Source: Dehalococcoidia bacterium
GTDB lineage: Bacteria > Chloroflexota > Dehalococcoidia > UBA6926
Direction of reading: 5' to 3'
Assembly: GCA_963666115.2 (NCBI GenBank)
Contig: CAXXET010000002.1
Coordinates: forward strand, 1 to 64,000
DNA: 64,000 nucleotides
Of this stretch, positions 31,001 to 43,098 are shown piece after piece. The notes beneath the pieces were generated by a model that was not told the DNA's origin, ran no database searches, and saw only the letters and a list, made by a program, of their open reading frames with translations. The first letter of the stretch is position 1. Each line of letters opens with the position of its first letter. The position numbers were made by a program, and so were the translations under genes.

Positions 31001-31558
31001 ATGACCCAGGAAATCCTTGACGACGCCGAACACCGTATGCAAGTCACCTGCGACGTCCTTAACCGCGAACTCGCAGGCATCCGCACCGGCCGCGCCTCCC
31101 CTACCCTGATCGAGGAACTCCGCGTCGATTACTACGGCGCGCCCACCCCCCTCAAGCAGCTCGCCACCATCACCGCGCCGGAGCCCCAGCTCCTTGTCGT
31201 CCAGCCCTATGACCGCTCCGCCACAACGGCCATCGAGCGCGCCATCCTCAAAACGGATCTGGGACTCTCGCCCGTCGCGGACGGCCAGCTCCTCCGCATT
31301 CCCATCCCGCAGATGACCGAGGAGCGCCGCAAGGAGATGACTCGACTGGTTCGCTCCAAGGCCGAGGATGAGCGCGTGGCCATACGCAACGTGCGCCGCG
31401 ACGCCATGGACCACCTGCGCCGCCTCCAGCGCGACAAGGACATCTCCGAGGACGAGGAGCGCCGCGCGGCGGATCAGCTCCAGAAGATCACCGACCGCTA
31501 CACCGGGCAGGTGGATGAGATGGGGGCGGCCAAGGAAGCCGCGGTCATGGAAGTCTAG
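31001..31558 (+). CDS. frr: Ribosome recycling factor
   Basis: IRTGRASP, VDYYG, PQMTEERRKE, RVAIRNVRR. Confidence 0.97.
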   Translation: MTQEILDDAEHRMQVTCDVLNRELAGIRTGRASPTLIEELRVDYYGAPTPLKQLATITAPEPQLLVVQPYDRSATTAIERAILKTDLGLSPVADGQLLRIPIPQMTEERRKEMTRLVRSKAEDERVAIRNVRRDAMDHLRRLQRDKDISEDEERRAADQLQKITDRYTGQVDEMGAAKEAAVMEV

Positions 31559-31577
31559 TGCCTGCATCGATCCGCGC

Positions 31578-32303
31578 ATGACGCCGTCCAACAGCGAACA
31601 CGACCCCGCCTCGATTCCCGTGCACGTCGCCATCGTCATGGACGGCAACGGACGATGGGCGCGCGAACGCGAACTTCCCCGCGAGCAGGGGCATCAACAT
31701 GGCCGCGTCAAGCTCCATGACGTCGTGCGCGCCTTCTCGGAGCGCGGCGTCCGCTATCTGACCCTCTATGCCTTCTCCACCGAGAATTGGCGGCGGCCAT
31801 CCGAAGAAGTCCATGGCCTGATGGCGCTCGCCGCCGAGGCCATCAAGGAGGACGCCCCCCGCCTGCACGAGGAGGGCGCGCGCCTCGTCCATCTTGGACG
31901 CAAAGACCGCATCGACCCGCACATCGCCGCCGCCATCAACCGCGTCGTTGACATGACGAAGCACAACACCGGCATAACCCTAAGCGTCGCGTTCGACTAC
32001 GGAGGCCGCGAAGAAATCCTCGAAGCGGCGAGAACGCTCCTAAGAGACGAAGTACCCCCCGATGACGTAGACGAATCCACCTTCGCCAGCCGCCTATTCA
32101 CCAACGGCCTGCCCGACCCCGACCTCATCATCCGCACCGGCGGCGAACTCCGCATCAGCAACTTCCTGCTCTGGCAAGCTGCCTACGCCGAACTCTACTT
32201 CACCCCAACCCTCTGGCCGGATTTCGGCCCCGAAGAAGTAACCAAAGCCCTAAACGCCTACACCAACCGCAAACGCCGCTTCGGCGCCGTAGACGTAGAG
32301 TAG
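31578..32303 (+). CDS. uppS: Isoprenyl transferase (undecaprenyl diphosphate synthase)
   Basis: HVAIVMDGNGRWA, YAFSTENWRRP, PDLIIRTGGELRISNFLLWQ. Confidence 0.96.
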   Translation: MTPSNSEHDPASIPVHVAIVMDGNGRWARERELPREQGHQHGRVKLHDVVRAFSERGVRYLTLYAFSTENWRRPSEEVHGLMALAAEAIKEDAPRLHEEGARLVHLGRKDRIDPHIAAAINRVVDMTKHNTGITLSVAFDYGGREEILEAARTLLRDEVPPDDVDESTFASRLFTNGLPDPDLIIRTGGELRISNFLLWQAAYAELYFTPTLWPDFGPEEVTKALNAYTNRKRRFGAVDVE

Positions 32304-32340
32304 ACGACCGTACCGCGCCCTTCTCCCCCATAATCTCCCT

Positions 32341-33033
32341 ATGGACACGAACGCGGATAACGGCGCATCGCCGCCGACGGCCAGCCGTGACGCCCTCCCA
32401 CTCCGTCTTGCCACGGCCGCTGTCGGCATCCCTCTGCTCGCCGCCGCCGTCTGGCTGGGCGGCATTCCCCTGCTGCTCGTCGCGGCGGTTGTCGCGTTAG
32501 TCGCGGCGTGGGAACTGCGCGCCCTCCTCAGCCGATTCAACCCCGTCATCTGGCTGGGAATATCCTTCGCCATCGCCGCCTCTCTCTGGTCCGGGCTCAC
32601 GCTCCGCGAATCGGACGACGGCCTCGCCTGGCTCGGGTGTGCAATCCTCATCACGTTCGCCTCCGACACCGCCGCCTACGCCGTCGGCAGCCTCACCGGT
32701 CGCCACCGCCTCGCCCCATCAATCAGCCCCGGCAAGACCTGGGAGGGCGCGGCGGGCGGAATCATCGGCGCGGCGGCAGTGAGCGCCGTCTTTGCCTGGT
32801 TCATTGAACTGGACGCCCTCCCGGTAGTGACAGCGATAATCCTCGGCGCGTCGCTCTCCGTGCTCGGTCAACTGGGAGACCTGACCGAATCCTGGCTCAA
32901 GCGGAAAGCCGGCGCAAAGGACTCCGGCAGCCTCCTCCCCGGCCACGGCGGCATCCTCGACCGTCTGGATTCCCTCCTGCCGATTCTCCCTGCCGTCCTT
33001 GTCTATGCCACCATCGCCACTACTATGGAATGA
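32341..33033 (+). CDS. cdsA: Phosphatidate cytidylyltransferase
   Basis: SDTAAY, ISPGKTWEG, GDLTESWLKR, KDSG.LLPGHGGILDRLDS. Confidence 0.95.
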   Translation: MDTNADNGASPPTASRDALPLRLATAAVGIPLLAAAVWLGGIPLLLVAAVVALVAAWELRALLSRFNPVIWLGISFAIAASLWSGLTLRESDDGLAWLGCAILITFASDTAAYAVGSLTGRHRLAPSISPGKTWEGAAGGIIGAAAVSAVFAWFIELDALPVVTAIILGASLSVLGQLGDLTESWLKRKAGAKDSGSLLPGHGGILDRLDSLLPILPAVLVYATIATTME

Positions 33034-33034
33034 C

Positions 33035-34147
33035 ATGAACCAGCAGCAGAAACGCATCGCCGTCCTCGGGTCAACCGGTTCCATCGGCACGCAGACGTTG
33101 GACGTTGTCCGCCGCCATGCCGATCGATTCCGTGTCGTCGCCCTTGCCGCGGGCCACAACAGCGACGCCTTCAAGGCGCAGGTGGCGGAGTTCAGCCCCG
33201 CCCTAACGGCCACCGAATCCGCCGCCACGCCGGAGGGCCTGTCGCAGATCGCGCGCCACCCGGACGTAGACGCCGTCGTCCTGGCAATTCCCGGCCTCGC
33301 CGCCCTTGCCCCTGCCCTCGCCGCCATTCAGGCAGGCAAGACCGTCGCGCTCGCGAGCAAGGAAGTCCTCGTCGTCGCCGGTGAACTCGTCATGAGCGAA
33401 GTGGCGCGGACCGGCGCGGCGCTCCTCCCCGTCGACAGCGAGCACAACGCCCTGTGGCAATGCCTGGCCGGAGAGCCGAAAGAGAGCATCAGCCGCCTGA
33501 TCCTCACCGCGTCCGGCGGCCCGTTCTTTGCCCGGGACGACGCGGAGCTTGAAGCCGTCACGCCGGAAGAGGCGTTGGCGCACCCCACGTGGCGCATGGG
33601 GCCCAAGGTCACCATCGACTCCGCCACCCTGATGAACAAGGCGTTCGAGGTCATTGAAGCGCGTTGGCTCTACGACGTTGGCTACGACCGCATAGACGTC
33701 ATGATCCACCGCCGCAGCATCGTCCACTCCATGGTCGAGTTCACCAACGGCACGCTCAAGGCGCAGCTCTCCATGCCGGACATGCGCCTCCCAATCCAAT
33801 ACGCGCTCGCCTACCCGGAGCGCATCGAGCGCCCCTCCAATTGGCGCGAGATGGACTACGACATCGACCTGACCTTCGAGGCGCTTGAACGTGGTCGATT
33901 CCCATGTTTCTGGCTTGCCGTCGATGCTGCCCGAAGCGGCAAGACCTACCCCGCCGTCCTCAACGCCGCCGACGAAATCGCCGTCGAACTCTTCCTCTCC
34001 GGCGCGGTTCCCTTCACCGCCATCCCCGGCCTCATACAAGGCGCGCTCGACGCCCACACTCCCACCAATTCACCCGCGCTGGACGACCTGCTCGCGGCTG
34101 ACGCATGGGCGCGCGACCACGTTAAGAGTGCCGCTCGGGACCGCTGA
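33035..34147 (+). CDS. dxr: 1-deoxy-D-xylulose-5-phosphate reductoisomerase
   Basis: LGSTGSIG, PVDSEH, LTASGGPF, HPTWRMGPKVTIDSATLMNK. Confidence 0.97.
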   Translation: MNQQQKRIAVLGSTGSIGTQTLDVVRRHADRFRVVALAAGHNSDAFKAQVAEFSPALTATESAATPEGLSQIARHPDVDAVVLAIPGLAALAPALAAIQAGKTVALASKEVLVVAGELVMSEVARTGAALLPVDSEHNALWQCLAGEPKESISRLILTASGGPFFARDDAELEAVTPEEALAHPTWRMGPKVTIDSATLMNKAFEVIEARWLYDVGYDRIDVMIHRRSIVHSMVEFTNGTLKAQLSMPDMRLPIQYALAYPERIERPSNWREMDYDIDLTFEALERGRFPCFWLAVDAARSGKTYPAVLNAADEIAVELFLSGAVPFTAIPGLIQGALDAHTPTNSPALDDLLAADAWARDHVKSAARDR

Positions 34148-34149
34148 AA

Positions 34150-35218
34150 ATGTCCATCCTCATCACCATCGCCGCCTTCGTGGTCGTGCTCAGCTTCCTC
34201 GTCCTCATCCATGAACTCGGCCATTTCTGGGCAGCCCGCCTGCTCGGCATCCGCGTCCGCGAGCTTGGCATCGGCTTCCCGCCCCGCGTCAAGGGCATCT
34301 GGCGCAACGGAATCGTCTATTCCCTGAACTGGATTCCCGTCGGCGGGTTCGTCCGCCTGGAGGGGGAGAGCGATCCGACCGTGCCTGATGGCTACGCCGG
34401 CAAACCCGTCTGGGCGCGCTTCGTCGTCCTTGTCGCAGGCTCCGCCATGAACATCCTGCTCGCGTGGTTCATCTTCGGCGCGCTCGCCTCCCCTGCCCGT
34501 CGAGCGCCTCGTCGACAGTGAAATCGTGATCGAGGAGGTCGTCCCCGGCTCCCCGGCGGACGAGGCCGGCCTCCGCCCCGGCGATGTCATTCGCGCAGTG
34601 GACGGCGAGGACGTGCTCACGCTTGGCCAGCTCTCCGACCGTATCAACCGCGCGGACGGCGATGAGGTGGAGTTGCGCGTGCTGCGTGGAACCGTCCCGC
34701 TTGCCGTGTACCTTGCGCCGCGCGCGAATCCCCCGCCCGGTGAAGGGCCGATGGGCGTGTCGATCCGCCTGCTGAACCCCGTCTATGAGCGCCGCGCCGC
34801 CCCGGTCTGGCAAGCCCCGTGGAACGGCATCGTGCTCATGGGCAACGTCATCACGGCCACCGCGAGCGAGTTCAGCCGCGCCGTCGGCTCCAATTCCAAC
34901 CCCGGCATTGCCGGCCCGGTCGGCATCGCCCAGGCAACCGGCGAGGCGGCGCAGCAGGGAGCCATTCCCCTCCTGGTCATCGTCGGTCTGCTCAGCCTCA
35001 ACCTGGGCATCCTCAACCTGCTGCCCATCCCTGCCCTGGACGGCGGCCGCATCCCATTCCTCATCCTGGAAGTGATCCGGCGCGGACGGCGCCTCTCCCC
35101 CCAGCGCGAAAACCTCGTCCACCTCATCGGCTTCGTCTTCCTGATCTCACTCGTCCTCTTCGTCACCGTCGGCATAGACCTCCCCCGCCTAATCCAGGGA
35201 GACCCCATCCTCCCCTAG
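34150..35218 (+). CDS. rseP: RIP metalloprotease RseP, split by one extra C near 34490-34493
   Basis: HELGH, IPVGGFV, AGSAMN, then PDZ and LNLLPIPALDGG in the next frame; deleting one C of the C4 run joins the frames (ASLPVERLVDSEIVIEEV). Confidence 0.9.
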
Positions 35219-35317
35219 CCTCCCCCCTGATAGCCCGTCTCAATTGGCCGCCGGCTCTCCCTCCCTGTGGTATCGTGTAGGTAGGATTTCAGACGCCGTA
35301 GCGATAGGAGAACGACC

Positions 35318-36472
35318 ATGCCGGAGCGTCGTGTTTCTCGGCAAATCCATGTTGGAAAGGTCCCCGTGGGCGGTGATGCCCCTGTCGCGGTGCAGTCTAT
35401 GACCAAGACCGATACCCGCGATGTGGAAGCAACGGTCTCCCAGATCTATGAGGTTGCCGCCGCCGGATGTGACATCATCCGCTGCGCCGTCCCCAACATG
35501 GACGCCGCAAAGGCCCTCAAGTGGATTTGCAGCCGCGCCCCCATCCCCGTCATCGCGGACATCCACTTCCACCACCTGCTCGCGCTTGAGGCCATCAGGA
35601 GCGGCGTCAGCGGCATCCGCCTCAACCCCGGCAACATCCGCGACGCCGACAAGGTGCGGGAAGTCGTCACGCTCGCCAGGGAATACGAGATTCCCATCCG
35701 CATCGGCGTCAACTTCGGCTCCCTGCCCCCCATCGGCGGCATCGGCAAGACCGGCGATTTCCATCGACTTGCAGACGGCGTGAACAAGCTCGCCAAGGCC
35801 AGTCAGGAAGGCGAGGGCGAGTACACCGTCGTCGACCACATGGTGGCGACCGCCCTGTGGGAGGTCGGAATTCTCGAGGATATGGGCTTCGACCAGATCA
35901 AGATTTCCGTCAAGGGATTCGATGTTCCCATGACCGTCGAGGCCTACCGCCGCGTCGCCGAACAGGTTGACTATCCCCTGCACCTGGGAATCACGGAGGC
36001 GGGCACCCCGTTTGGCGGCTCGATCCGCAGCGCCGTTGGCCTCGGCCACCTGCTCTATGAGGGCATCGGCGACACCATCCGCGTCTCCCTCGCCGGCGAC
36101 CCCGTGAAAGAGGTTGAGGCCGGCTGGGAGATCCTCAAGTCGCTCAACATGCGCAACAAGGGCGTCACCCTCATCGCCTGCCCTTCCTGCGGGCGCGCCG
36201 ACGTTGACATCATCAAGTACTCGGAGATGGTGGACGAAGCGCTCAAGAAGGTGGACAAGCCCGTGCGCGTCGCCGTCATGGGCTGTGAGGTCAACGGCCC
36301 CGGCGAGGCTAAGGACGCCGACGTGGGAATCGCCGCCGGCAATGGCCGCGGCATCATCTTCCGCAAGGGCCAAAAGGTCCGCGTCGTCCCGGAGTCGGAG
36401 TTCGTCTCCGCCCTAATGGAAGAAATAGAACAGATAGAACTCGCCCCCGAGGCCGAACCCGCCGCCACCTAA
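35318..36472 (+). CDS. ispG: (E)-4-hydroxy-3-methylbut-2-enyl-diphosphate synthase
   Basis: VQSMT, ADIHF, RLNPGNI, RIGVNFGSL, PLHLGITEAG, CPSCGR, MGCEVNGPGE. Confidence 0.97.
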   Translation: MPERRVSRQIHVGKVPVGGDAPVAVQSMTKTDTRDVEATVSQIYEVAAAGCDIIRCAVPNMDAAKALKWICSRAPIPVIADIHFHHLLALEAIRSGVSGIRLNPGNIRDADKVREVVTLAREYEIPIRIGVNFGSLPPIGGIGKTGDFHRLADGVNKLAKASQEGEGEYTVVDHMVATALWEVGILEDMGFDQIKISVKGFDVPMTVEAYRRVAEQVDYPLHLGITEAGTPFGGSIRSAVGLGHLLYEGIGDTIRVSLAGDPVKEVEAGWEILKSLNMRNKGVTLIACPSCGRADVDIIKYSEMVDEALKKVDKPVRVAVMGCEVNGPGEAKDADVGIAAGNGRGIIFRKGQKVRVVPESEFVSALMEEIEQIELAPEAEPAAT

Positions 36473-36584
36473 GCATCCCCCAACTGACAACCCTGCCCTC
36501 TCCGCTGTATCCTAGTCTCAATACAGTTGCGGCTAACCCGCGCGTATCGGCGCGCCCGCCGCATGAATATGGGAGGACAACCCC

Positions 36585-38249
<1,665 letters not shown>

Positions 38250-38311
38250 CCCAGAACGAAGCAAAACAACACAAACCCACACCGCAAAACCAGGGAGGCC
38301 AACTCAAAAAA

Positions 38312-39115
38312 ATGTTTAAGCGCATAGACCATATCGGCGTCGTCGTCCGCGACCTCAAAACCGCCACGGACGCCTTTGAAAACCTCTACGGCCTGAAAGT
38401 CGCCGCCCAGGAAACCATCGAGGAGCGCGGCCTCATCGCAGCCCTCATCCCCACCTCCAACGTTCGTTTCGAGGTCATGCAGCCCATCAACCCGGAGAGC
38501 GCCGTCGGCAGGTTCATCGAGCGCCGCGGCGAGGGCATCCAGCATATCTGCTTCGAGGTAGAGGACATTCGCTCCACCATCGCCACCTTGAAGGAGCGCG
38601 AAGTCCAGCTCATCCAGGGCGAGCCTGAGGGCGGCTTTGTTGGCGAAGTGGAGTTCATCCACCCCCGCGCCGCCAACGGCGTCCTAACCGAAATCGCACA
38701 GGTCACCCGTCGCACCCCCACCGACCATGACCTCAATGTTCACCACATCACCATCGCAACGCCCGACCGCGACGCCGCAGTTGAACACTGGTCGAAGAGC
38801 TTTGACATGAACCTCAACCGTAACTCCGAGCGCGAGAACGCCGGCATCATCGCCGGCTGGCTTGACGCCGGCGATGCCGAGGTCGAATTCGCCCAGCAGA
38901 CCTCCGACGAGGGCCCGCTGGCCAGGTTCATCGAGGAGCGCGGTCCCGGCGTCTTCGGCGTCGTCCTCGAATCCAACGACGCCGCCGGCCTGGCCGAGCA
39001 CGTCAAGTCTCAGGGCCTCCGCGTCATCGAAGACCCGGAGGGTGACGACGTCATCCGCGTCGTCCACCCCCAGGATTTCTTCGGTACCCTAATCATGATC
39101 AACCAGCGAGGCTAA
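38312..39115 (+). CDS. Two-domain VOC protein; N-domain methylmalonyl-CoA epimerase-like
   Basis: IDHIGVVV, RFEV, RGEGIQHICFEV, FIHPRAANGVLTE; second VOC module degenerate. Confidence 0.85.
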   Translation: MFKRIDHIGVVVRDLKTATDAFENLYGLKVAAQETIEERGLIAALIPTSNVRFEVMQPINPESAVGRFIERRGEGIQHICFEVEDIRSTIATLKEREVQLIQGEPEGGFVGEVEFIHPRAANGVLTEIAQVTRRTPTDHDLNVHHITIATPDRDAAVEHWSKSFDMNLNRNSERENAGIIAGWLDAGDAEVEFAQQTSDEGPLARFIEERGPGVFGVVLESNDAAGLAEHVKSQGLRVIEDPEGDDVIRVVHPQDFFGTLIMINQRG

Positions 39116-39119
39116 CCCT

Positions 39120-39986
39120 ATGGCAGACCAGCAAGACCTCCTCCTCCAACGCTTTGACCAGGTCGGCCTCCTCGTCCGGGACATCGACGAAGCCGCCCAA
39201 AAATTTGATGACGTCCTCGGCCTCGCCGCAACCGTCACGCGCGAAGCGCCCGACGAGGGCTACCGTGCCGCCATCATTCCCCTCCGCGTTGGCCGCATCC
39301 TGCTCCTCCAGCCCACCACCGACGACGGCCCGCTCGCCGAGCAGTTGGCAGAGCGCGGCGAGGGCATGCACCACGTCAGCTTCCACGTCGATGACGTCGA
39401 AAAGGCAACAGCGGAGATTCAGGAGCGTGGCGGCGAGTTTATCGCCCACACCCCGCAACAGGGAATCACCGGCAAGAGCGCCATCATCTCCCCCGCCAGC
39501 GCCGGCGGCGTCCCCGTGGAAATCAAGGAAACCACCCTCTTCACCCCCGGCGCGTCCCGCGACATCGGCCTCCATCACGTAACCATCCGTACCTACGACG
39601 TCGGAACTGCGGCAGCGACCTGGCAGCATCTCTTCCGCATGCCGCTCAAACGCCGCGCCGTCTCCGAGGGTTTCGGCATGGACACCGCGTGGCTCGACGC
39701 CGGCGATGCTGAGGTCGAATTCGCCCAGGATCTGCGTGAAGACGGCCCCGTTGCCCGCGCCCTCAAGCTGATGGGCGAGGGACTGCATGCCGTCGTGCTG
39801 GAAACGGATGACCCGGTGGCCGTCGAAGAGCGCGTCCGTGCCGCGGGCGTCCGCATGATCGTGGACGACGGCGAGCCCACGAATGTCCTCCGCGCCGTCC
39901 ACCCACTTGATTTCCTCGGTACGCTAGTATTGATAGCGCAGCGTGACGCCGCCCACGCGGGCATGGCCACGGGAGAGGAGCACTAA
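39120..39986 (+). CDS. Two-domain VOC protein, epimerase-like with degenerate metal ligands
   Basis: [15 protein letters not shown]; C-domain shares [13 protein letters not shown] and VHP.DF.GTL with the preceding gene. Confidence 0.8.
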   Translation: MADQQDLLLQRFDQVGLLVRDIDEAAQKFDDVLGLAATVTREAPDEGYRAAIIPLRVGRILLLQPTTDDGPLAEQLAERGEGMHHVSFHVDDVEKATAEIQERGGEFIAHTPQQGITGKSAIISPASAGGVPVEIKETTLFTPGASRDIGLHHVTIRTYDVGTAAATWQHLFRMPLKRRAVSEGFGMDTAWLDAGDAEVEFAQDLREDGPVARALKLMGEGLHAVVLETDDPVAVEERVRAAGVRMIVDDGEPTNVLRAVHPLDFLGTLVLIAQRDAAHAGMATGEEH

Positions 39987-39988
39987 CA

Positions 39989-40405
39989 ATGACAACGGCA
40001 ACAGCCCCCGCGCGAGTCCTCATCGCCAAGCCCGGCCTTGACGGCCACGACCGCGGCGCGAAGGTCGTCGCGCGCGCCCTGCGTGACGCCGGCTTCGAGG
40101 TCATCTACACCGGCATCCGCCAGACACCTGAGATGATCGTCCAGGCCGCCGTCCAGGAAGACGTGGACGCTATCGGCCTCAGCATCCTCTCCGGCGCGCA
40201 CCTTGATCTTCTGCCTGCCATCGTCAACGGCCTGCGCGAAAACGGCCTCGATATCCCCGTCTTCTCCGGCGGCATCATCCCCAAGGAAGACTACGACGCC
40301 CTCACCGAAATGGGCATCGCCGGCATCTTCGGCCCCGGCGCCAGCCTAAAAGACATCGTAGACTTCACCCGCCAGGTCACCAACACCCCCGCCCCCACAG
40401 AATAA
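39989..40405 (+). CDS. Methylmalonyl-CoA mutase small (cobalamin-binding) subunit
   Basis: [10 protein letters not shown] (DxHxxG), [14 protein letters not shown]. Confidence 0.95.
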   Translation: MTTATAPARVLIAKPGLDGHDRGAKVVARALRDAGFEVIYTGIRQTPEMIVQAAVQEDVDAIGLSILSGAHLDLLPAIVNGLRENGLDIPVFSGGIIPKEDYDALTEMGIAGIFGPGASLKDIVDFTRQVTNTPAPTE

Positions 40406-40458
40406 GAACCGCACACAGCCAAGAACCGTACACTGAATAAGAACCGAACACAGATAAG
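40397..40458 (+). repeat. Imperfect tandem repeat, 17-18 bp unit, about 3.5 copies
   Basis: acagaataagaaccgcac / acagccaagaaccgtac / actgaataagaaccgaac / acagataag. Confidence 0.75.
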
Positions 40459-40486
40459 CTCTCAAAGCTGGAAAGGCCTTTAAAAC

Positions 40487-40678
40487 ATGCCGCCACTACC
40501 GAAACGGCGACGCTCGCGAGCGCGCCAAAACAAACGACTCGCGCACACCGCCAAATCCCCCGTCCTCACGTCCCAGTGCCCCGATTGCCCGAGCCAAAGA
40601 GTTCCGCACCGCGCCTGCCCCACCTGCGGCATGTACAACGGCAGGCAGGTCTTCACGCCCCGCCGCGCCGCCGAATAG
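40487..40678 (+). CDS. rpmF: 50S ribosomal protein L32 (Zn-binding form)
   Basis: PLPKRR.SRAR, CPDC...PHRACPTCGMYNGR. Confidence 0.95.
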   Translation: MPPLPKRRRSRARQNKRLAHTAKSPVLTSQCPDCPSQRVPHRACPTCGMYNGRQVFTPRRAAE

Positions 40679-40708
40679 CAGCACAACACACAAGGGAGTT
40701 GACCAAAA

Positions 40709-41629
40709 ATGACAGTCGCATATCTCTTCCCCGGCCAGGGCGCGCAGGCAGTCGGCATGGGCAAGGACCTCTATGACGCCGTTCCCGCCGCGAAAGCCAT
40801 ATTTGACGAGGCCGACCAGGCCCTCGGCTTCTCGCTCTCCCAGCTCTGCTTTGAGGGCCCCATGGAAGACCTCACGCAGACCATCAACACCCAGCCCGCC
40901 ATCCTCACCGCCTCCGTCGCCACGCTCGAAGCCGCGCGGGAAATCCTGGGCGATAAGGGACTCACGCCCTCCCACACCGCCGGCCACAGCCTCGGCGAGT
41001 ATTCGTCCCTCGTCGCCGCCGGTTCCATGACTTTCAGCGACGCCGTCAAGCTCGTCCGTGAGCGCGGACGCCTCATGCAGGCCGCCGGCGACCAGGCCGA
41101 GGGCGCGATGGCAGCCGTCATGGGTATGCCCGAGGACCAACTGCAGGCCATCTGTGAGGCCAACGGCGTGGATATGGCCAACCTCAATTCCGCTGACCAG
41201 ATCGTCATCAGCGGCTCGAAGGAAGGCGTTGAGGCCGCGCAGAAGGCCGCCGAAGAGGGCGGCGCGCGCCGCGTCGTCGCCCTCCGCGTCAGCGCCGCCT
41301 TCCACTCCTCCCTCATGGACCCCGCCGTTCCCGGCATGAGAACCGCCCTTGAGGGCGCGTCCATCTCCGCCCCCGCCTACCCCGTCGTTGGCAACGTCAC
41401 CGCCCAGCCGCTTGAAACGGCGGACGAGGTTGTCGATGAGCTTGCCCGCCAAATCCGCAGTTCCGTCCAGTGGTTCCGCACCGTGGAGTACCTCCGCGAC
41501 AACGGCGTCACCACGTTCATCGAGATTGGCCCCGGCAAGGTCCTCACCGGCCTCGTCAAGCGCACCTTTGAAGAGGCGGAGACCATAAACGTCGGCAACC
41601 TGGAGGAGCTTGAGGCTCTAAAGGCCTAG
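40709..41629 (+). CDS. fabD: Malonyl-CoA-ACP transacylase
   Basis: FPGQGAQ, GHSLGEY, VSAAFHS, EIGPGKVL. Confidence 0.97.
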   Translation: MTVAYLFPGQGAQAVGMGKDLYDAVPAAKAIFDEADQALGFSLSQLCFEGPMEDLTQTINTQPAILTASVATLEAAREILGDKGLTPSHTAGHSLGEYSSLVAAGSMTFSDAVKLVRERGRLMQAAGDQAEGAMAAVMGMPEDQLQAICEANGVDMANLNSADQIVISGSKEGVEAAQKAAEEGGARRVVALRVSAAFHSSLMDPAVPGMRTALEGASISAPAYPVVGNVTAQPLETADEVVDELARQIRSSVQWFRTVEYLRDNGVTTFIEIGPGKVLTGLVKRTFEEAETINVGNLEELEALKA

Positions 41630-41651
41630 GCGGGCATAGACGGGCGAAGTC

Positions 41652-42116
41652 GTGTCCGGAGCGTCAGGGAGCGCCGCCGCGGTGTCCGGGCAATTCACCG
41701 AATCTCGCCGCAGCGCGCGCGCCCTTGCGCTCCAGGCCCTCTATGAGTGGGACGCCGTCAGGCACCCGCCCGCCGACTCCGTTGGCCGCATCGCCGACGA
41801 TTTCCTTGAGGATACCGTCCGCGAATCCGTCCTGTCGTATGCCGCCATGCTCGTTGCTGACGTTCAGCAGGATGAAGATCGCCTTGACCGCTTGATCCAG
41901 GCGCACGCCACCGCCTACCCCGTCAGGCAGCTCGCCGCCGTTGACCGCAACGCGCTGCGCCTCGCGCTCTCTGAAATCACAAACGAGCGCGTGCCCGCCG
42001 CCATTGCGATCGATGAGGCCGTTGAGCTTGCCAGGACGTACGGCGCGGAATCCTCGGCCCGATTTGTGCACGGCGTCTTGGGCGGCGTGCTTGCGGAACT
42101 CTCGCTCGCCCCCTAA
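41652..42116 (+). CDS. nusB: Transcription antitermination factor NusB
   Basis: [40 protein letters not shown]. Confidence 0.93.
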   Translation: MSGASGSAAAVSGQFTESRRSARALALQALYEWDAVRHPPADSVGRIADDFLEDTVRESVLSYAAMLVADVQQDEDRLDRLIQAHATAYPVRQLAAVDRNALRLALSEITNERVPAAIAIDEAVELARTYGAESSARFVHGVLGGVLAELSLAP

Positions 42117-42159
42117 TGTAAAACAAGAAGAAACACTCAGCGCAGGGAGGGATTGTTAC

Positions 42160-42420
42160 GTGGCTACCGTTGAAGAGAGAGTCAAAGAGGTCATCGTCGC
42201 GCAGCTCGGCGTCGAAGAGGAAAACGTCACCCCCGGAGCATCGTTCACTGAGGATCTCAACGTCGATTCGCTGGATATGGTCGAACTCGTGATGGCGTTT
42301 GAAGAGGAATTCGAGAAGAGCGCCGAGTTCTCCATCTCGGACGAGGACGCCGAGAAGATTCTCACCGTTCAGGACGCAATCAACTATTTCAAGGACGAGG
42401 TTGGAATCGCTGACGAATAG
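42160..42420 (+). CDS. acpP: Acyl carrier protein
   Basis: GGAGG RBS, GTG start; [16 protein letters not shown]. Confidence 0.96.
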   Translation: MATVEERVKEVIVAQLGVEEENVTPGASFTEDLNVDSLDMVELVMAFEEEFEKSAEFSISDEDAEKILTVQDAINYFKDEVGIADE

Positions 42421-43096
42421 ACCCGGCTCCCCCGCCCCTGACGCCGCGGAGGCGCTCCGCGCCATCGCCGCCGAAATCGCGGCGTGTACGGAATGCCGCC
42501 TTGCCGAGGGTCGCACTCATGCCGTCCCCGGTGAGGGCGCGCCCGATGCCGACGTCATGTTCATCGGCGAAGGGCCCGGCTTCTACGAAGATCAGCAGGG
42601 ACGCCCCTTCGTCGGCGCTGCCGGAAAGTTCCTTGATGAGTTGCTCGCCACCATCGGCTGGGCGCGCAAGGATGTTTACATCACTAACACCGTCAAGTGC
42701 CGCCCCCCTGACAACCGCGACCCCCGCGATGATGAGTTGGACACCTGCGAGTCCCTCTACCTGCGCAGGCAGCTCCAGCTAGTCAACCCCGCCCTCCTCG
42801 TCACCCTCGGCCGCTTCTCGCTGACGCGCCTCTTTCCCGGCCAGGCCATCTCACGCGCGCGCGGCCAACTCCTCTACAAGGACGGCCTCGCCGTCTACCC
42901 CGTCTACCACCCAGCCGCCGCCCTGCACCAACAGCGCCTCCGGGATGTCATCGTCGAGGACTTTCGCAACATCCCCGCCGCCCTTGAGACCGCCCGCCGC
43001 CGCCTAACCCGAGCAGTGGCCGACCAACAGGCGGCCTATGACGCGGACGATTCCAACGGAAACGACGCCGCAGAAGAGCAGCCGAGCCTCTTCTAG
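42401..43096 (+). CDS. Uracil-DNA glycosylase family 4
   Basis: [37 protein letters not shown]; start uncertain. Confidence 0.92.
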   Translation: MESLTNRPGSPAPDAAEALRAIAAEIAACTECRLAEGRTHAVPGEGAPDADVMFIGEGPGFYEDQQGRPFVGAAGKFLDELLATIGWARKDVYITNTVKCRPPDNRDPRDDELDTCESLYLRRQLQLVNPALLVTLGRFSLTRLFPGQAISRARGQLLYKDGLAVYPVYHPAAALHQQRLRDVIVEDFRNIPAALETARRRLTRAVADQQAAYDADDSNGNDAAEEQPSLF

Positions 43097-43098
43097 CC

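Noticed and set aside
34485-34525. Split rseP as two genes
   Set aside because: One extra C in a C4 run explains it; typical homopolymer error.
36473-36584. Cobalamin riboswitch before the mutase
   Set aside because: Only a GC hairpin in ~110 nt; no recognisable B12-box; would need an Rfam hit.
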